From Gammaproteobacteria bacterium (GTDB lineage: Bacteria > Pseudomonadota > Gammaproteobacteria > Tethybacterales > Persebacteraceae), in assembly GCA_965221835.1 (NCBI GenBank), contig OZ244916.1, forward strand, positions 654,477 through 718,476: 64,000 nt of DNA, written 5' to 3'. The translations under genes and the position numbers were made by a program. The notes under the pieces are model-generated. The model did not search any database. It was not told the origin of the DNA and saw only the letters and a list, made by a program, of their open reading frames with translations. The first letter of the stretch is position 1. Every line of letters starts with the position of its first letter. Of this stretch, positions 1 through 9,960 are shown piece after piece.

Positions 1-1226
1 ATCGCGGCGATTGGCGACGCGCGATGGACACATTGCATTCCACAAATAACTTTCCCGAATTTACCGGACGCGTCTGCCCCGCCCCGTGCGAATCCGCCTG
101 CACGCTAAATATTAACGACGATGCGGTAACAATTAAATCCATAGAACGCGCGATTGTCGACAACGCATGGAACGAAGGACAAATTGCACCGCTGCCGCCG
201 CAAACCAAAACCGGCAAACGAGTCGCCGTTGTCGGTTCCGGTCCGTCCGGACTCGCTTGCGCACAACAACTCGCGCGCGCCGGACACGCCGTTGAAGTGT
301 TGGAAAAAAACGAAAAACCCGGCGGACTTTTGCGTTTCGGCATTCCCGATTTTAAGATGGAAAAATATCTCATAGACCGCCGCATTATGCAAATGGAATC
401 CGAAGGCGCGGTTTTCAAAACCGGCATAAATGTCGGCGGCGACACGGACGCAAAAAAATTGGCGCGAGAATACGACGCTGTCGTTATCGCTTGCGGTTCC
501 GAAACGCCGCGCGATTTGCCGATTGACGGACGCGATTTGCGCGGCGTGCATTTTGCGATGGATTTTTTGCCGCAACAAAATCGCCGTGTCGCCGGATTGC
601 CGGTCGGGGCGGCGGACATTCTCGCCGCCGGAAAACATGTTGTCGTTATCGGCGGCGGCGATACTGGTTCCGATTGCATCGGTACTTCCAACCGGCAAGG
701 CGCAGCGGAAATTGTGCAATTTGAATTGTTGCCGCAACCGCCGCACGACGAAGACAAACCGCTGACATGGCCGCACTGGCCGCTAAAACTTCGCGCTTCT
801 ACTTCGCACGATGAAGGATGCGAACGCGAATGGGCGGTAATGACGAAAGCGTTTGTCGGCGACGAAAACGGCAATGTCCGCAAACTTCGCGGCGCGCGAG
901 TTGAGTGGAAAAACCAAAACGGAAAAATGAAAATGGAAGAAATTCCCGGCGGCGAATTTGAACTTCCCGCCGACCTCGTTTTGCTGGCGATGGGCTATAT
1001 GCATCCGACACAAAACGGAATGCTGTCCGATTTAAATTTGCAATTGGACGCGCGCGGCAACATTTTGGCGGACGACAAAAACTATAAAACTTCGGTAAAA
1101 AACATTTTCGCCGCCGGCGACTGCCGCCGCGGTCAATCCCTCGTCGTCTGGGCAATCCGCGAAGGACGACAATGCGCCCGCGCAGTAGACAAATTCCTCA
1201 CCGGCAAATCGGATCTGCCGCGATAA
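1..1226 (+). CDS. gltD: Glutamate synthase small (beta) subunit, 5'-partial. The reading frame is open from position 1. The encoded protein contains [24 protein letters not shown] and GGGDTGSDC motifs.
   Basis: The ORF translation matches GltD along its whole length, covering the 4Fe-4S region and both nucleotide-binding motifs. There is no stop codon between position 1 and the listed ATG at 24. Confidence 0.9.
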   Translation, partial: RGDWRRAMDTLHSTNNFPEFTGRVCPAPCESACTLNINDDAVTIKSIERAIVDNAWNEGQIAPLPPQTKTGKRVAVVGSGPSGLACAQQLARAGHAVEVLEKNEKPGGLLRFGIPDFKMEKYLIDRRIMQMESEGAVFKTGINVGGDTDAKKLAREYDAVVIACGSETPRDLPIDGRDLRGVHFAMDFLPQQNRRVAGLPVGAADILAAGKHVVVIGGGDTGSDCIGTSNRQGAAEIVQFELLPQPPHDEDKPLTWPHWPLKLRASTSHDEGCEREWAVMTKAFVGDENGNVRKLRGARVEWKNQNGKMKMEEIPGGEFELPADLVLLAMGYMHPTQNGMLSDLNLQLDARGNILADDKNYKTSVKNIFAAGDCRRGQSLVVWAIREGRQCARAVDKFLTGKSDLPR

Positions 1227-1249
1227 AAAATTTCGCAAATCGCGGCAAC

Positions 1250-1876
1250 ATCATAATCCACACCCGCCCAAATGGGCGGGTGAATACTGACGAATTTCGA
1301 GTTGTGTGTGCGGCTGTTTCAATCCACACCCGCCCAAATGGACGGGTGAATGTTGGATAATCACATTCCCGACACTTTTGAGTTTCAATCCACACCCGCC
1401 CAAATGGACGGGTGAATCCACGAAGTCGCAGGGATATGAATCCAACGGTTTCAATCCACACCCGCCCAAATGGACGGGTGAATGACGAAATAAAACTCAA
1501 GCATCCGGTCTATGTTTCAATCCACACCCGCCCAAATGGACGGGTGAATCGGCAGTACGGTTGTTATAACTTCGGCATTGTTTCAATCCACACCCGCCCA
1601 AATGGACGGGTGAATTTCGGCGGCAGAGTCCTCATCTTGTTCTCGTTTCAATCCACACCCGCCCAAATGGACGGGTGAATGGCGGCGGCGGTTTTTCCTT
1701 GATTTTATCGTTTCAATCCACACCCGCCCAAATGGACGGGTGAATCAATTTCCTTCAATGCCATTTTCATATTGTGTTTCAATCCACACCCGCCCAAATG
1801 GACGGGTGAATAAAACCCGAATATGAAGCGGGTTTTCTTTGTTTCAATCCACACCCGCCCAAATGGACGGGTGAAT
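1250..1876 (-). CRISPR. CRISPR array of 10 repeats and 9 spacers. The repeat is 36 bp, GTTTCAATCCACACCCGCCCAAATGGACGGGTGAAT on the plus strand. Its reverse complement ends in GATTGAAAC, as type I-C repeats do. Spacers are 29-30 bp. The terminal repeat at 1250-1285 is degenerate.
   Basis: The repeat recurs with a 65-66 bp period at 1316, 1382, 1448, 1514, 1580, 1645, 1710, 1776 and 1841. Every spacer is unique. The repeat contains an internal palindrome, CACCCGCCCA / TGGACGGGTG. The array abuts the cas genes. Transcription is inferred to run on the minus strand, from the leader at 1877-1939. Confidence 0.95.
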
Positions 1877-1939
1877 AGCAAAATGTTAAAGATCTGTTAA
1901 TTCGCTTTTTTGCGAATAATCGGCGAATTAAAATTACTG
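1877..1939 (-). promoter_or_regulatory. AT-rich CRISPR leader lying between the cas7 stop codon and the first repeat.
   Basis: This is a 63-bp AT-rich stretch sitting directly between the cas7 stop at 1940 and the leader-proximal repeat, which ends at 1876. The repeat-degeneration gradient is consistent with this orientation. Confidence 0.6.
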
Positions 1940-2834
1940 TTATTTTAACCAATCTTCCAGCGTTACGCCCCAACTTTTCGGCGGCGTTTCGGCGGATACT
2001 TCAAAATCGGAAAAAGAACGCGGCGGCGCGGCGGCGTTTTTGCGCGCTACTTTTACCAAATCAAATAACTGATGCGCCGGTCTGTTGCCGAGTTTGCCAT
2101 CGTGCTTAAAAACATACAAACCGCGGACGGACATCATCCCGCGCGCCGCCGAACGGTCGTGTTCAAACATATTCCGCAACGCCTCCCAAAACAACGCCAA
2201 ATCTTCATCGGAAAAACCGATCCGCCGCCAAATGCGCCGAAATAAATCCGTGCGCGCGATACAGCGAATATGGAATCGTGTGCTTCCGCCCCATCGTCCG
2301 ATTGTCGCCGCTTTGTTTTTGCGCCTCCTTTTCGGTGGTGACCGCCATCCGCGTAATGGAATGTTCCAGCGAAACAATCGGCGCAACCGAACGCGCAAAA
2401 GTCATCTGCACCGGTCCGCGCACCTGTCCGCAATTGACGCCGGTGGACATCACCGCGCCGAAAGTGCGAATGTCGTAAAAATTGCCGCACATCCATTTGC
2501 GGAGATTTTTCGGTTCCCTTTCCGTTTTTGTCAACGCGTCATGGGCGCGCTGGTGTTGATTGTTCAGCACTGCCTTTTCTTTTACATAAATTTCATGGCG
2601 CGGCGACTCGCCGATTTTATAACTCTTCGGCTTGCCGTCCGCTTCGTCTTCCGCAAACTTCATTTCCACATAGTTGCGAATTTTGCGTTTCAGGCATACA
2701 TCGGTTACCAGCCCGTCGCCGGTTTCCGCGTCTATGCGCGGGTGATTTCCCGCATCGGGGTCGCCGTTCGGATTGCCGTCCAGCACATCAAAAAGCAATA
2801 CAAAATCATGCCGGTTTTGGATGGGATTATTCAT
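1940..2834 (-). pseudogene. cas7: Type I-C Cas7 (Csd2) with a broken reading frame. The N-terminal 209 aa and the C-terminal roughly 90 aa lie in different frames.
   Basis: The N-terminal part, [56 protein letters not shown], is a classic Csd2 start. That frame stops at 2205 after [15 protein letters not shown] second frame covering 2398 to 1940 carries the expected continuation, [27 protein letters not shown]...LFDLVKV. The junction lies near 2218-2226 in the sequence gcggcggatcgg. A strong RBS (aaggag) precedes the ATG at 2834. Confidence 0.7.
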
Positions 2835-4590
2835 TGTTATTCTCCTTTTTTGTGAAAAAATTCTGCCGCTGATGATAGTAGCCGAGGGCAAACAGCCCCT
2901 GCTCCTGCATTGTCAGTTGCGGCGGGAAATTGGCGAGTTTGCACATAATTTCGCCGACGGTTTTTTGGCGATTGACGGCAAGCCCGGGTTTGGCGTCTTT
3001 TAGTTTACTCAGATGGTGTTGGTGCAATTTTATCAGCGCGGGAAATGCCGCACCCGGCGACGATGACGCCGCACCGTAATAGCGGTCGCGAATGGTGGCG
3101 TTTATGCCGGGATTCGCGTCTTCTTGCAATTTTTCCAGCGCGGCAAACAACGCGCCCAGCCAATACCCCGGCGATTTAACTTCCGGATCCAGTTTCATAT
3201 CAATCTCCTTGTTGAGTTGCAAAGCGGGCGGCAATTGTTCCGCCCGATAAAATCGGTTTATGCAACCGCGCAAAAGCGCGGCGCGGTCCGGCGAAACATT
3301 TTCGCGTCGTTCCCCGTATTTTACGCCCGCGCGGCAACGATTGACCGCCGCCAGAAATGCCGTGCGCGGATACGGCGAATTTTGCAATATCGCCTGCATC
3401 ATTTCGCCGCCCAAATTGGGCGGGATATTGTCCGCCTTGCCTTGCACCGCCGTGGCAACCAGCAAACGAAATAGCCCCGGCGGGCGGGAGTCGTCCGCGC
3501 CGTCAATTTTAATGTCGTCAAAATGCCGCCGAATTCTTTCCGCAACATCTCCTACCGTTCCGTCGTGCCAAAAACGCACCGTCAACCGCACGCGATTCGC
3601 CCACAATCCCAGCACATAAAACGGCAAATCGCCTTCCGCGGCGTATGTTTTTCCGCTTCGGGGCGATTCGTACAATTTTTTCACCGCGGCAGTCCGGCGG
3701 TCGGGATTGTCTTCGGATGCGCCGCCAAATAAAACGCTAAAATCGGTTTCCAGTAGCGCGTCCTTTCCCGCCCAAAACACGGCGGTAGAATCGCCGACCT
3801 TGATTTTTTGTTCGCCAGTCAGCAGCATATTTAACGCGGCGGTGTATTTGTACATTGTCGCTTTTCCCACGGACGCATTTTTTGCCTTTGTTTTGCCGTA
3901 CGAATTAAACGCCGATTGCTTAAACGCGATAACTCCCGCGCCCGCCCCCGCACCGTTCACGCCGCGCACCGCGTTGTGCATATCCGGTATTTCGTCTTCG
4001 TCTCCGGAAATAATGCACCGTCCGTCCGGTTTCGCCGCCGCGCCGACATTTCGTTTTATTTCCGCCGCAACCGGCGGCGAATCGGAAACTATCGCATAAT
4101 CCGAATTTGCCAACTGAAACGACAAATACGCCAGACGCAAACGTTCATCACAAATTTCCGCCCACATCGGATCGCCGCGCACCGCGTCCATATCGGGATT
4201 TTGCAGAAACGCGACAACCGCGCGAACGCCCGAATCTTCGGCGACACTCTCCGGAATTTGCGTTTGTATTTTCCGCAAAAAACTTTCGCGGCGTTTTTTT
4301 GATACGGCGGCGGATGTGCCGCCGACTCCGAAAATATATTCCAAATTGTCGTACAATAAATTCGGATTTATCGCGCTTCCGCCGCGACACGACGGTTTAA
4401 TTGCAACTCTAACCGTATACTTCCCGCCGCGGTCTTTCGCATCGGCGCGGGTATCCTTAAAACCGGCAAACTCGCCGCTTTCGTTCAACACAATCAAAAA
4501 CGGAATTGGTTGATGTTCAAATCCCAGCGGCGGCATTTCGCCGCGCAACATTTTGCGGTCGTAATATTCCGTCAACGCGCGAACAGTCAT
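2827..4590 (-). CDS. cas8c: Type I-C Cas8c (Csd1) large subunit.
   Basis: The 587-aa translation begins [41 protein letters not shown], matching Csd1. It is positioned between cas5c and cas7, as in a canonical I-C operon. Confidence 0.85.
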   Translation of the reverse strand: MTVRALTEYYDRKMLRGEMPPLGFEHQPIPFLIVLNESGEFAGFKDTRADAKDRGGKYTVRVAIKPSCRGGSAINPNLLYDNLEYIFGVGGTSAAVSKKRRESFLRKIQTQIPESVAEDSGVRAVVAFLQNPDMDAVRGDPMWAEICDERLRLAYLSFQLANSDYAIVSDSPPVAAEIKRNVGAAAKPDGRCIISGDEDEIPDMHNAVRGVNGAGAGAGVIAFKQSAFNSYGKTKAKNASVGKATMYKYTAALNMLLTGEQKIKVGDSTAVFWAGKDALLETDFSVLFGGASEDNPDRRTAAVKKLYESPRSGKTYAAEGDLPFYVLGLWANRVRLTVRFWHDGTVGDVAERIRRHFDDIKIDGADDSRPPGLFRLLVATAVQGKADNIPPNLGGEMMQAILQNSPYPRTAFLAAVNRCRAGVKYGERRENVSPDRAALLRGCINRFYRAEQLPPALQLNKEIDMKLDPEVKSPGYWLGALFAALEKLQEDANPGINATIRDRYYGAASSSPGAAFPALIKLHQHHLSKLKDAKPGLAVNRQKTVGEIMCKLANFPPQLTMQEQGLFALGYYHQRQNFFTKKENNNE

Positions 4591-5237
4591 TTGCGAATTT
4601 CCGCGCTATCGGGCGGCGGCAGATGAATCACGCCGTTTTGCATTTTCGCCCGAAACATCATCGGTTTCATTTCATCGGCAAAATCAATGTCGTACAACAT
4701 AAATCCCAAATCGCGGGAGTCGTCAATCGCCGCCCGTGCCGCCGCTTTCGTTCCCGGCGTTGCCAGACAAAACGCCGCCGAAAATTCGCGACATCCCAAA
4801 TACGGCTGATTAAAACACTGCCCTTTTTCCGCCCGCCGCGCAAATATTTCGGCGAATTTAACAATGCCGTCGCCCTCGCCCGCCTTGTCGGTCAATTGCA
4901 ACCGCGCATGCAAACGATACGCCACATCGCGCAAAAACAATCCCGCCCGCTGTTGCCGGTCTTCTTCCACATAAATTCCGCAACCCGCTTTGGACGGCGG
5001 ACGCGCAACACTCCCCACTTCGTTGCGGCGAAGATTAATCCACCGAATCGGTTTTAGTACTTCAATTTTTTCGGGAATCCACCTGATTGCCGGTTTCCAC
5101 ATAATCGCCTCAAAAATCGCCCGCGCCGCGGACGGAGTCATCACATCATAAGAAACGCGTTCCACTTTCATTTCCGGGCGCGTAAAGCAGGCAAAATCGC
5201 CCCAAACTTTCAGGCAAAAAGACGGCGACGATTTCAT
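4587..5237 (-). CDS. cas5: Type I-C Cas5c (Csd5d), the pre-crRNA-processing Cas5.
   Basis: The 216-aa translation contains FCLKVWGDFACFTRPEMKVERVSYDVMTPSAARAIFEAIMWKPAIRW, the Cas5d signature. Its stop overlaps the cas8c start by 4 bp. Confidence 0.9.
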   Translation of the reverse strand: MKSSPSFCLKVWGDFACFTRPEMKVERVSYDVMTPSAARAIFEAIMWKPAIRWIPEKIEVLKPIRWINLRRNEVGSVARPPSKAGCGIYVEEDRQQRAGLFLRDVAYRLHARLQLTDKAGEGDGIVKFAEIFARRAEKGQCFNQPYLGCREFSAAFCLATPGTKAAARAAIDDSRDLGFMLYDIDFADEMKPMMFRAKMQNGVIHLPPPDSAEIRK

Positions 5238-5245
5238 AACCGCGA

Positions 5246-7510
5246 TTATACTCCGCCCCGCCCGGGAATCGCAAACCCCGTTTCGTCCGAATAATTCGCC
5301 GCGCCCGATTCCGTCAGCACAAAAACGCCCGCCGTCAATTCTTCTATTTCGCCGCGACCGCGCATTTCGTCAAAATCTTTTTCCGGCACAGAAACCGAAA
5401 ACCGTTGCAACCCGCGCATCGTTGCACGCAAACGCGCACCTTCCGCCATCTGCAACGTTTTCCGCATTTTTTCGGAACCGGTATACCAAACGATAACCGG
5501 AATTTTTCCGTCTTCTTCAATAAACCGGAACTTCGCCGCCGCATCCCGAAATTGCATCTCGTCCGAACTCAACAGCCGGGAAATTCCTTTGTCATCAAAA
5601 TTGCGAATATCCCGATACAACAATTCAAAATAGCGGCGAAACTTGTCCGGCGTAAACATATCGTCGTCCGCGGCGAACAATTGCCGCATTTCTTGCACGA
5701 CCTGCCACCCCTGACGGATAAAACCCGGCGGCGGTATTTTCGGCGGCATAAACACGCGCAACTCGCCGCCGTCCGGCAATTTTCCTTCGCGGTTGCATCT
5801 TCCCGCCGCCTGCGCAATAGAATCCAATCCCGCCAGCGCGCGCCAGACGACCGGAAAATCAATATCCACGCCCGCCTCTATCAATGTCGTACTGACGACA
5901 ATCACTGGTTCGTTATTTTTCAATCGCGCCTTGATTTTTGCAATTTGTCGCGCGCGATGTTCGCCGCACATCAGCGCGGACAAATGAAAACATTCGGCGG
6001 CACCCCGTCCGATTGCGGACATTCGCGCCTTCGTTTTTTCGTACAAATCGCGGCACTCGTTCCGGCTGTTGACGATGCAAAGCGCGGATTTGTTTTCGCA
6101 AAGTTTTACGGCGATTTCGTCCCATTCCGTTTTTGACAAATCCCAGCGCGCGCGTACGCGCCGGAATTGGTCGCGGCGGAACAATGTTTCCGGCTGTTCG
6201 CAAACTTCGCGCGGCGCGCTGTTCAACGCCGCTTTCGCTTTCCGCAACGATTCCGCCCGAAACGCCGGTTGCGTAGCGGTGCAAAAAACAAAACTCGTTT
6301 TGTAAAACGCCGTCAATTCTTCAATCGCCGCCAAAGTCGGCGCGATCAATTCCAGCGGCAACGTTTGCGCTTCGTCCAAAATAACGACCGAATCGGCGAT
6401 GTTATGCAGTTTGCGACATTTCCCCGGCGCGGCGGCGAAAAGCGATTCAAAAAATTGCACATTCGTCGTAATGACAATCGGTGCGTCCCAATTTTCGGTT
6501 GCCAGCCGATTTTTGTACGCCGCGCGGCGCGCCTGTTCGTCTTCGGATTCTTCGCCGCGAATGTTGGAATGATGTTCCACGACATTGTCGTCGCCGAAAA
6601 CGCCGCGAAAAATATCGGCGGTTTGTTCAATAATGGAAGTGAACGGAATGGCGTAAATAATTCGCCGTTTGCCGTGCGCCGCGGCATGCGCCAGCGCGAA
6701 CGCCATGGACGACAATGTTTTGCCGCCGCCGGTCGGCACCGTGAAACTGAACAATCCCGGCGACTGTTCGCCCGCCGCAACGCATTGCGTCAAAATGTCG
6801 GCGCGGATTTTGTCAATCGCCGTTTTTTCCGCGTCCGTCTTAAAACCTTTCATATAGCCGTCAAACTTTTCGCGCAACGCGGAAATTTCCGCATAATCGC
6901 CGCGCACCGGCGGAACAGGCGAAGAAGATTTTTCCGCATGCAACCGGTCGGCATCCACCAAACACGAAAACAACATTCGCGTCCACAAAGAAAGTCGAAT
7001 CCAAGAAGGGGCGTTTTCATGTCCGGTGTTGCGGCGCAAACACGCCAAACCGGGAATTGTCGCGTTGCGCACAAATTCGGGAAAATGTTTCTCGTTTTTG
7101 CGCGCCTTATCCAGCCATTCGCCTTCGCGGAAAATTCGTTCTTCCAAACTCGCGCCTTTCGCATCGCCGTCTCCGCAATTCGGCAAGCCGGTGTGATGTC
7201 CGAAAATGACAAACGACAACAACTTCGCCGCGCATTTTTCTTCCGCATTTTTTGCGAGAAAGTTTTGCGCGTACAATCCGCCCGCCGAGGAATGTTTAAT
7301 TTTTCCGCGCGGCGCATTAATTTCGCCGCGTAAATATTGTTGAAACTCATCGCCGTATTTGCCGAGGTCGTGCAATCGCCCCGCCAACGTCGCCCATTCT
7401 TTCGCGCCAAAAACGGCGGCAAATCCTCCCGCATTTTTACCGACCGAATTTAAATGTTCCGCCAAATCGCATTTGGTGTTTTCGGAAAAATGCGAAAAAA
7501 ATGTTTTCAC
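5246..7510 (-). CDS. cas3: Cas3 HD-nuclease/helicase with a GTG start.
   Basis: The 754-aa translation has an N-terminal HD domain (HDLGKYGDEFQ), a Walker A motif (VPTGGGKT) and a DEAD-like VILDEAQ motif. The GTG start lies 4 nt after the mpl stop codon. Confidence 0.9.
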   Translation of the reverse strand: MKTFFSHFSENTKCDLAEHLNSVGKNAGGFAAVFGAKEWATLAGRLHDLGKYGDEFQQYLRGEINAPRGKIKHSSAGGLYAQNFLAKNAEEKCAAKLLSFVIFGHHTGLPNCGDGDAKGASLEERIFREGEWLDKARKNEKHFPEFVRNATIPGLACLRRNTGHENAPSWIRLSLWTRMLFSCLVDADRLHAEKSSSPVPPVRGDYAEISALREKFDGYMKGFKTDAEKTAIDKIRADILTQCVAAGEQSPGLFSFTVPTGGGKTLSSMAFALAHAAAHGKRRIIYAIPFTSIIEQTADIFRGVFGDDNVVEHHSNIRGEESEDEQARRAAYKNRLATENWDAPIVITTNVQFFESLFAAAPGKCRKLHNIADSVVILDEAQTLPLELIAPTLAAIEELTAFYKTSFVFCTATQPAFRAESLRKAKAALNSAPREVCEQPETLFRRDQFRRVRARWDLSKTEWDEIAVKLCENKSALCIVNSRNECRDLYEKTKARMSAIGRGAAECFHLSALMCGEHRARQIAKIKARLKNNEPVIVVSTTLIEAGVDIDFPVVWRALAGLDSIAQAAGRCNREGKLPDGGELRVFMPPKIPPPGFIRQGWQVVQEMRQLFAADDDMFTPDKFRRYFELLYRDIRNFDDKGISRLLSSDEMQFRDAAAKFRFIEEDGKIPVIVWYTGSEKMRKTLQMAEGARLRATMRGLQRFSVSVPEKDFDEMRGRGEIEELTAGVFVLTESGAANYSDETGFAIPGRGGV

Positions 7511-7514
7511 TTTT

Positions 7515-8861
7515 TTAGATGTTTTTCACCATTTCCGCCACGGTTTGCGGGAGGTTGGCGAAGTCGCCGTTGGACATTAATATTATGCAGTCGTTTGTGC
7601 GGATTTCGTGGTGCAAGTAGTCGGCGGCGGTGGCGGCGGTCGGGAAAACTTTTGTTTTTTCGGGCGGCAGAAATGTCGCCAACCATTCTTGTTCTCCGAC
7701 TGCGACAACTTTGTGTGCCGCAGCGAAAGCGTTCGGTAAACGCGCGCGCAATGCGCCCGCTTTCATCGTGTTGGAACGCGGTTCAAACACTGCGACAATT
7801 CGTTTTTGCGGATATTCCGCCGCCGCTGCTTCCAAAGTTTTGCGGTAGGCGGTCGGATGATGTGCGAAATCGTCGTAGACCAAAATTCCGTTCGCGTCTG
7901 CAAGTTTTTGCATTCGCCGCAACGGCGGACGAAATCCTTGCAAATAATCCGGCAGTTTGCGCACATCCGCTCCCGCATAATGTGCGGCGGCAGCGGCGGC
8001 GAGAATATTGTCGCGATTCGCTTCGCCGAACATCGGCGGAACAAACGCGCACATTTCTTCGCCGCGATAATAAACGCGCATTATTTTTCCGTCTTTGTCG
8101 CGTCTTTGCCATTCGCCGCCTTTTCCGAATTGCGACAGCGGCGAATATATTCCCGCCTTCGCCGCCGCGCGCAAATAACGCGAACGGGCGCGCATAATCA
8201 CCCGCCCGTTGCCGGGAACGCAACGCAACAAATAATGAAACTGTCGCGCGATTTCGTTTTCATTACGATAAATATCTGCGTGATCAAATTCTAAATTATT
8301 TAACAACGCGATGTGCGGGCGGTAATGCAAAAACTTCGGACGTTTATCAAAAAACGCCGTGTCATATTCGTCCGCTTCAACTACAAACCATTCGGAATTG
8401 CCGCTGCGTGCGGAAACGCCGAAGTTTGGTGCGATTCCGCCTGCCAAAAATCCCGGCGACAAACCGGCGCGTTCCAAAATCCATGCCAGCAATGCTGTCG
8501 TTGTTGTTTTGCCGTGCGTGCCGGCAACCGCTAATACTTTTCTGTCGGCGAGAATATTTTCGCCAAGCCATTGCGCCGCCGAAATATACGGACGGCGTTC
8601 CGCCAACACCGATTCCACCAACGGATTGCCGCGCGAAACCGCGTTGCCGACAATATACAAATCGGCGGGACGGTCAACGACTGTCGCCTCGTATCCTTCG
8701 TATAACTTCGCGCCCGATTGTCGCGCCGCATCGCCGAAAGGCGGATAAAATGCGCGGTCGCTGCCGCAAACAGTGAATCCTTTTTCCGCCGCCAGTTGTG
8801 CAACCCCCGCTCCCAATGCGCCGGCGATTCCGATGAAATGCAAATGTTTCATCGCCGCCAA
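7515..8861 (-). CDS. mpl: UDP-N-acetylmuramate:L-alanyl-gamma-D-glutamyl-meso-DAP ligase.
   Basis: The 448-aa translation shows the Mur ligase fold, with GIAGALG and GTHGKTTTT motifs and an Mpl-like C-terminus. Confidence 0.9.
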   Translation of the reverse strand: MAAMKHLHFIGIAGALGAGVAQLAAEKGFTVCGSDRAFYPPFGDAARQSGAKLYEGYEATVVDRPADLYIVGNAVSRGNPLVESVLAERRPYISAAQWLGENILADRKVLAVAGTHGKTTTTALLAWILERAGLSPGFLAGGIAPNFGVSARSGNSEWFVVEADEYDTAFFDKRPKFLHYRPHIALLNNLEFDHADIYRNENEIARQFHYLLRCVPGNGRVIMRARSRYLRAAAKAGIYSPLSQFGKGGEWQRRDKDGKIMRVYYRGEEMCAFVPPMFGEANRDNILAAAAAAHYAGADVRKLPDYLQGFRPPLRRMQKLADANGILVYDDFAHHPTAYRKTLEAAAAEYPQKRIVAVFEPRSNTMKAGALRARLPNAFAAAHKVVAVGEQEWLATFLPPEKTKVFPTAATAADYLHHEIRTNDCIILMSNGDFANLPQTVAEMVKNI

Positions 8862-9526
8862 AGCGGTTTGATTCCGGTATCTTTTTCCATCGCATCCAAA
8901 AATAATTCGTGTGCGGCAAGTTCTGTTGCAGACGGCGCGCGCGAAATAATTTTTTTCGCTTGCAAAATATCTTTTGCTTTTGCACCGCGCGACATACTCA
9001 TCGCGATTTGTTCACGCGTCATTGCAAAATAAACTTGCGCCAAAAGACGGGCGTCCAAAAGCGCGCTGTGTGTTGTGCGTTCCGAATCGTCAACGCCGAA
9101 ATGTTTGCATAAATCTTCCAAACGATGATGCCGAAGTCCTTGGTTTTTTAGACGCGACATTTCCAAAGAACATGTTATTTTGCAAATATCTTCCAGCGGC
9201 GGCATTCCGCATATTTTAAATTCTGAATTTAAAAATCCTTTGTCAAAAGCGGCGTTGTGAATAATGACTTCGCCGCCTTGCAAAAAGTTTTGCAATTGTT
9301 CTGCAATTTCCGAAAAATCCGGTTTGTCCGCCAAAAACTCATCGGAAATGCCATGTACTTTTTTTGCGTCCGCATCAATAGCGCGATGCGGATTGCAGAA
9401 AAAATGTATACTTTCAAACGCGTTCGTGCGGCGGTCGGGATAGGTCAGGGCGACGACTTCCACGATGCGATGTCCGCGTTCCACTTCCAAACCGGTAGTT
9501 TCGGTATCCAAAAAAATTTGTCTCAT
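8849..9526 (-). CDS. dnaQ: DNA polymerase III epsilon subunit (3'-5' exonuclease). The true start is the internal ATG at 9526 of the longer listed ORF.
   Basis: The translation begins [13 protein letters not shown] and contains HNAAFD. This gives a 225-aa product. The upstream extension of the listed ORF overlaps rnhA. Confidence 0.9.
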   Translation of the reverse strand: MRQIFLDTETTGLEVERGHRIVEVVALTYPDRRTNAFESIHFFCNPHRAIDADAKKVHGISDEFLADKPDFSEIAEQLQNFLQGGEVIIHNAAFDKGFLNSEFKICGMPPLEDICKITCSLEMSRLKNQGLRHHRLEDLCKHFGVDDSERTTHSALLDARLLAQVYFAMTREQIAMSMSRGAKAKDILQAKKIISRAPSATELAAHELFLDAMEKDTGIKPLWRR

Positions 9527-9960
9527 TGTTGTGCCGCCTCGCTTGCGCCCCGGTTTGCCAAATTGTCCGCCGCTTCGTTGCCGTCGTTGCCCGCATGCCC
9601 TTTCAGCCACCGCCATTCCACGCGATGACGCATCGCTGCTTGTTTTAGCAACTTCCACAAATCTGCATTTTTTATCGGGCGTTTTTTGGCGTTGAGAAAT
9701 CCGCGCCGTTCCCAATTCGGCAACCATTCGGTAATTCCTTTTTGCAAGTACGCGGAATCGGTATACAACACCACTTCGCATTCGCGTTTTAACGATTCCA
9801 GCGCGCGAATTGCGGCGCACATTTCCATCCGATTGTTGGTTGTGTCGCGTTCGCCGCCGTACAATTCTTTTTTCGTTTCGCCCCAATACAATACCGCCCC
9901 CCAGCCGCCGGGACCGGGATTGCCTTTGCATGCGCCGTCCGTATAAATCACAACTTTCAT
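9523..9960 (-). CDS. rnhA: Ribonuclease HI.
   Basis: The translation begins [21 protein letters not shown] and runs to DNLANRGA, 145 aa. Its stop overlaps the dnaQ start by 4 bp. Confidence 0.9.
   Translation of the reverse strand: MKVVIYTDGACKGNPGPGGWGAVLYWGETKKELYGGERDTTNNRMEMCAAIRALESLKRECEVVLYTDSAYLQKGITEWLPNWERRGFLNAKKRPIKNADLWKLLKQAAMRHRVEWRWLKGHAGNDGNEAADNLANRGASEAAQQ

Noticed and set aside
1940-2398. The 152-aa ORF next to the array, considered as a possible Cas2 or Cas4.
   Set aside because: Its translation contains [27 protein letters not shown]...LFDLVKV. This is the conserved C-terminus of type I-C Cas7 in a shifted frame, not Cas2 or Cas4.
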